DNA of 64,000 nucleotides, taken from NCBI GenBank assembly GCA_041675205.1, contig JBAYUF010000001.1, forward strand, positions 84,863-148,862, read 5' to 3'. The position numbers and the translations under genes are program-made. Source of the DNA: Patescibacteria group bacterium (lineage in GTDB: Bacteria > Patescibacteriota > Patescibacteriia > GWA2-46-9). Shown in pieces: positions 57,448-64,000 of this stretch. The notes beneath the pieces were generated by a model that saw nothing but the letters and a program-made list of their open reading frames with translations, was not told the DNA's origin and searched no databases. Every line of letters begins with the position of its first letter. Positions within the stretch are counted from its first letter, which is position 1.

Positions 57448-57552
57448 ACCGTTGCGAAGAAGTTGTATGACTGGTAAACTACTCTCGTGCATTTACGCAC
57501 TTGTGCATAGTGATATGATTCAAAATTTTCAACTGAAAGGGGGTGAACACGC

Positions 57553-57981
57553 ATGACGATAGTTCGAAAAGGTTTCACCTTAATTGAGCTGTTGGTGGTC
57601 ATCGCCATTATTGCGTTGCTTTCGACCCTCGCAGTAGTTGCTTTGAACAACGCTCGACAGAAATCACGGGACGCCAAGCGCGTTGCAGACGTGAAGCAAG
57701 TACAGACGGCATTGGAGCTTTACTTCGCTGATCAGAACGCTTACCCAATCGCAACAGTTACGCTCGGTGGTGCATCGGCCACTTGTCTCTCTTCTGGAGG
57801 CGGCATCAGTGGTTCTTGCTCTGGTACGACTTACATGGGTCAAGTTCCATCAGCGCCAACTGGTACGTATGATTACGATTCTACGGCTGGCACTGACTAC
57901 ACTATTGACTTCACCCTCGAAGGTCAGACCGGCAGTCTCGCTTCCGGTTCGCATACTGCTAACCCAAGCGGCATCCAATAG
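57553..57981 (+). CDS. Type IV pilin (prepilin N-methylation motif)
   Basis: [15 protein letters not shown]; own SD-like GAAAGGGGGTGA; strong terminator downstream, so a likely major pilin. Confidence 0.93.
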   Translation: MTIVRKGFTLIELLVVIAIIALLSTLAVVALNNARQKSRDAKRVADVKQVQTALELYFADQNAYPIATVTLGGASATCLSSGGGISGSCSGTTYMGQVPSAPTGTYDYDSTAGTDYTIDFTLEGQTGSLASGSHTANPSGIQ

Positions 57982-58005
57982 TTTTCGATTCACTATTTCG
58001 TTTTC

Positions 58006-58042
58006 ATAAAGTACACCCCAGAACTTCTGGGGTGTACTTTAT
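58006..58042. terminator. Palindromic terminator after the pilin
   Basis: ATAAAGTACACCCCAGAA-C-TTCTGGGGTGTACTTTAT. Confidence 0.8.
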
Positions 58043-58078
58043 TCGTCGTAACTGTTTGTGACTGCTAGAATACGATGT

Positions 58079-59697
58079 ATGAGCATAGTACTCGTCAAGG
58101 TGCGGCAGTACGCCATTCGTCATACGTCGAGCATATTTCTTGCTGGCGTCGTCATTCTCGGTGGGGTGCTGCGCGCTATACATCTTGGCACCGAGCCTTT
58201 TTGGGGTGACGAAGCCTTGAGTTTTGATATCGCAACTAATTTTTCAAGTGCCGCTGCGTTAATCGACTACCTCAAGTTAGTTGAAGTGCATCCGCCGTTG
58301 TACTACTTGCTTTTGCAATGGTGGACGGTTTTCGGTGAGGGCGAATTCATTGCTCGGTTACCCTCGTTTATTGCTGGCCTCGGTGTTGTTCTCGCCACGT
58401 ATGGTGTGACGCATTCTTTTTTTAAATCCCGCACAGCGGCAATTGTAGCGGCCTTGATTACTGCGCTCCTTCCTTCACAAATTGAATTTAGCCAAGAGGC
58501 AAGGCCTTACGCACTTTTTACGTTAATCGGTTTAATCACCCTCTGGTGTTACTCCCGGTATCGGCGGTCGGGGAATCGGTATTTTTTGGTTGGTTATGGT
58601 GCCGCGATGCTCGCTGGCCTGTATGTACACTACTCGTTTTTATTCTTTGCGGCTTCTCTGGCTGTGGTGTGGCTCTTTGACGCCGCGTATCCAGAATCCA
58701 GCATTGAAAAGCGGCGCAATTGGTTTCTGGCTTGGTTTTATACGCACGTCGCAATTGCACTTGGGTTCATGCCGTGGCTGAGTACTGTATTTTATAAATT
58801 GTTTCTTGGGGAGTATGAACTATGGGGCGTCGCCAGAAGCATTGGTAATGGCGTACGCTCAGTTAGTTTTCCGAGCGTCGTTAGTGACCAGCTGCTGTGG
58901 CTAAATGATTTTACAAAAGTGGCGCCGGTCGTTACCTTCGCTGTGTTCTTCTGGAAGCTTGTTTTTCTTTTGTGCCTTGCGTACACCGTGCGTAATCTGT
59001 GGCGTCGTGGCGAATTACCAGAAAGTCGAGGGGCAGTGCTTTTGTTGGCCGTCGCCGTATTGTCGCTTACCGGTTTTCTATTTTCACCCCAGTCCATCAG
59101 TTACACGCCCAAGTTGCAGGAGCACATACTCATCAATAGTGTTCTCTTTGCAATGCTCATTGGGTATGCACTGTCGCTTATGGCCGTGAAATTGCGATTG
59201 CTCTGTCTTGCTTTGTTTATCATTAGTACGGTGCCGTTCACTGTGCAAGTCGTCGGGAACGACGAGGTGTGGGATACCCATCATCGCCTGCGGATAGTCG
59301 CCAATTTTATCAACGAATCGTTTCAACCAGGAGACGTCGTTATCACTGAGTCTGCTTTTCTGCGCACTGATATAAATCATTATCTGCGCACCGACATCGA
59401 AACGCATTCCATTTTACCCATTGGCTACTTTGGTAATGATTTGGGACAATCCCGACAGACGCTTGGGTTAGTAGAAAACGAGTCTCAATTTCGTATTTTT
59501 CGTCCGACCAACGCTGCGGTAGTTGGTCAGCTTGAACAGGTATTGGAGCGTGAGCAGGCAAAGCGTGTTTGGTTGGTATTTTTTATCGACCCGAGCACAC
59601 TTACGGTCTGGCTAGAAGCTAATGGCTGGCGGGCTAGCTTTCTTTCCCCAAGTTCGAGCTTGTTACCAGTGAACATGTATACGAAGCGTACACAGTT

Positions 59698-59701
<4 letters not shown>
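58079..59701 (+). CDS. GT-C fold polytopic glycosyltransferase (PMT_2/GT39-GT83-like)
   Basis: FWGDE, HPPLYYLLL, ARLPS, SQEARPYAL; about 11-13 TMs. Confidence 0.85.
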
Positions 59702-62480
<2,779 letters not shown>

Positions 62481-62501
62481 TTGCGTACCATTGGGACTCA
62501 T

Positions 62502-62795
62502 ATGGCATTAACGAAAGAGGACGTCATTCATATTGCAACGCTCGCTAGGCTTGACTTAAGTGAAGCCGAAATCGACAGCATACAAGGTGAGCTGTCTAAA
62601 ATTATTGCCTACATTGATGAGCTGCAAGAAGTTGTTGTCACGGGTGTCGAAGAAACAGCGCAGGTAACGGGGCTAACGAATCGTTTGGCAGCAGACGTCG
62701 CCAGCCCATCAGACACAGCAACCCGCCAGCTCCTCCTTGAGGCTTTTCCTCTGCGCGAAGGGGACTACCTCAAAGTGAAGGCAGTGTTTGAATAG
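62502..62795 (+). CDS. gatC: Asp/Glu-tRNA amidotransferase subunit C
   Basis: VIHIATLARLDL...YIDELQEV; directly upstream of gatA. Confidence 0.92.
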   Translation: MALTKEDVIHIATLARLDLSEAEIDSIQGELSKIIAYIDELQEVVVTGVEETAQVTGLTNRLAADVASPSDTATRQLLLEAFPLREGDYLKVKAVFE

Positions 62796-62796
62796 T

Positions 62797-64000
62797 ATGG
62801 CGAAACTGCATGAATTAACGCTGGTTGAAACAGTGGCTGGTTTATCGGCTGCTGAGTTTAGTGCTGTAGACGTTACGAAAGCATATCTCGATCGCATTGA
62901 TGCCTTGAATCCAACACTGAACGCCTATCTTACTGTGGCGCATGAATCTGCCTTGGCTGCAGCTGAGGATGCCGACAAGAAACGCGGAGAAGGAGAGAGC
63001 GCGCCACTTCTAGGCGTTCCGATTGCTGTTAAAGACGTCATTATGACGCTTGGCATGCGCACCACGGCCGCTTCAAAAATGCTGGAGCACTACCAATCGT
63101 CGTTTGATGCGACAGCAGTGAAGCGATTGCGTGCGGCGGGTGCTGTTATTTTGGGTAAGACCAATCTTGATGAATTTGCTCACGGTGCTTCTACTGAGAA
63201 TTCTGCGTATGGCCCAACCAAGAATCCTTGGGACACCTCACGCGTACCTGGTGGCTCTTCGGGCGGTTCAGCTGCGGCGGTAGCAGCTGATTTATGCGCC
63301 GCCGCCATTGGAACGGACACCGGTGGTTCTATTCGGCATCCTGCAAGTTTTTGTGGTGTGCTTGGTATGAAACCAAGCTATGGGAGAGTTTCGCGTTCCG
63401 GTCTTCTTTCTATGACGTCTTCCACTGACGTCATAGGTCCCATGACGAAAACGGTTCTGGACGCCGCGCATATGCTTGAAAGTATGGCCGGCGGGGACGA
63501 TGCTGACCAAACGACTTCACCGGAGGCGGTCTTAGGTGGCACGTACACTACAGCCATTACTGCGTTGCAAGATTTACGAGGCAAAAAGATTGGCGTACCA
63601 AGAGATTTTATTGCGACCGGTATGCTGCCAGCAGTGGCTGAACGGTTCGAGCAAGCACTGGCGGCTGCGAAAGTATTAGGCGCAGAAATAGTTGATATAC
63701 AATTACCAACCGCACGGTACGGTATTGCCGCATATTACGTTATTACACCCTGCGAAGTGAGTTCTAACCTGGCTCGATTCGATGGCATTCGCTATGGACA
63801 CCAAAGTAAGGCTGCTGACTCGCTTTTTGGAGTGTATGCAAAATCACGTGGTGAAGGTCTTGGGCCAGAGGTGAAACGACGGGTTATGCTTGGTACCTAT
63901 GCCCTGTCGGCTGGGTACTATGACGCATACTATAAAACTGCCCAGAAGGTGCGCACCGTCATTGTTCGAGAATTGGAGGCAGCGCTTACGCAGTGTGATT
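62797..64000 (+). CDS. gatA: Asp/Glu-tRNA amidotransferase subunit A, 3'-truncated by the window edge
   Basis: PIAVKD, GKTNLDEFA, PGGSSGGSAAAV, GTDTGGSIR, SSNLARFDG, EVKRRVMLGTY. Confidence 0.96.
   Translation, partial: MAKLHELTLVETVAGLSAAEFSAVDVTKAYLDRIDALNPTLNAYLTVAHESALAAAEDADKKRGEGESAPLLGVPIAVKDVIMTLGMRTTAASKMLEHYQSSFDATAVKRLRAAGAVILGKTNLDEFAHGASTENSAYGPTKNPWDTSRVPGGSSGGSAAAVAADLCAAAIGTDTGGSIRHPASFCGVLGMKPSYGRVSRSGLLSMTSSTDVIGPMTKTVLDAAHMLESMAGGDDADQTTSPEAVLGGTYTTAITALQDLRGKKIGVPRDFIATGMLPAVAERFEQALAAAKVLGAEIVDIQLPTARYGIAAYYVITPCEVSSNLARFDGIRYGHQSKAADSLFGVYAKSRGEGLGPEVKRRVMLGTYALSAGYYDAYYKTAQKVRTVIVRELEAALTQCD

Overview
Chromosomal segment of a Patescibacteria/CPR (Parcubacteria-like) bacterium using the standard genetic code. 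Lineage clues are 16S primer-site variants (GGAGGCTGCAG, GTGCCAGCAGCAGCGG), tightly packed genes mostly lacking Shine-Dalgarno motifs, and CPR-typical surface machinery. The window holds housekeeping genes (khpA, trmD, parB, rnj, secG, uvrA, leuS, tsaC, rsmA, recG, radA, clpC, htpX, lemA, ligA, gatC, gatA), a stand-alone 16S rRNA gene and 8 tRNAs surrounded by structured repeats. The most interesting content is cell-surface machinery. (1) An ~18 kb putative operon has a Ca-binding anchor protein, a 2821-aa Cys-rich secreted protein, VirB6/PrgI(VirB3)/VirB4/VirB8-like T4SS genes and a translationally coupled comF, with no relaxase or integrase. (2) Two separate DsbA + T4SS-pilin fusion gene pairs carry different Cys-rich cargo domains, one a probable Zn peptidase of the M15/LAS type. 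(3) A type IV pilus locus has pilM followed by an apparent PilN-peptide/pilin chimera, and a GT-C glycosyltransferase between the pilin and prepilin peptidase. All calls come from motif recognition by eye; no database searches were run.
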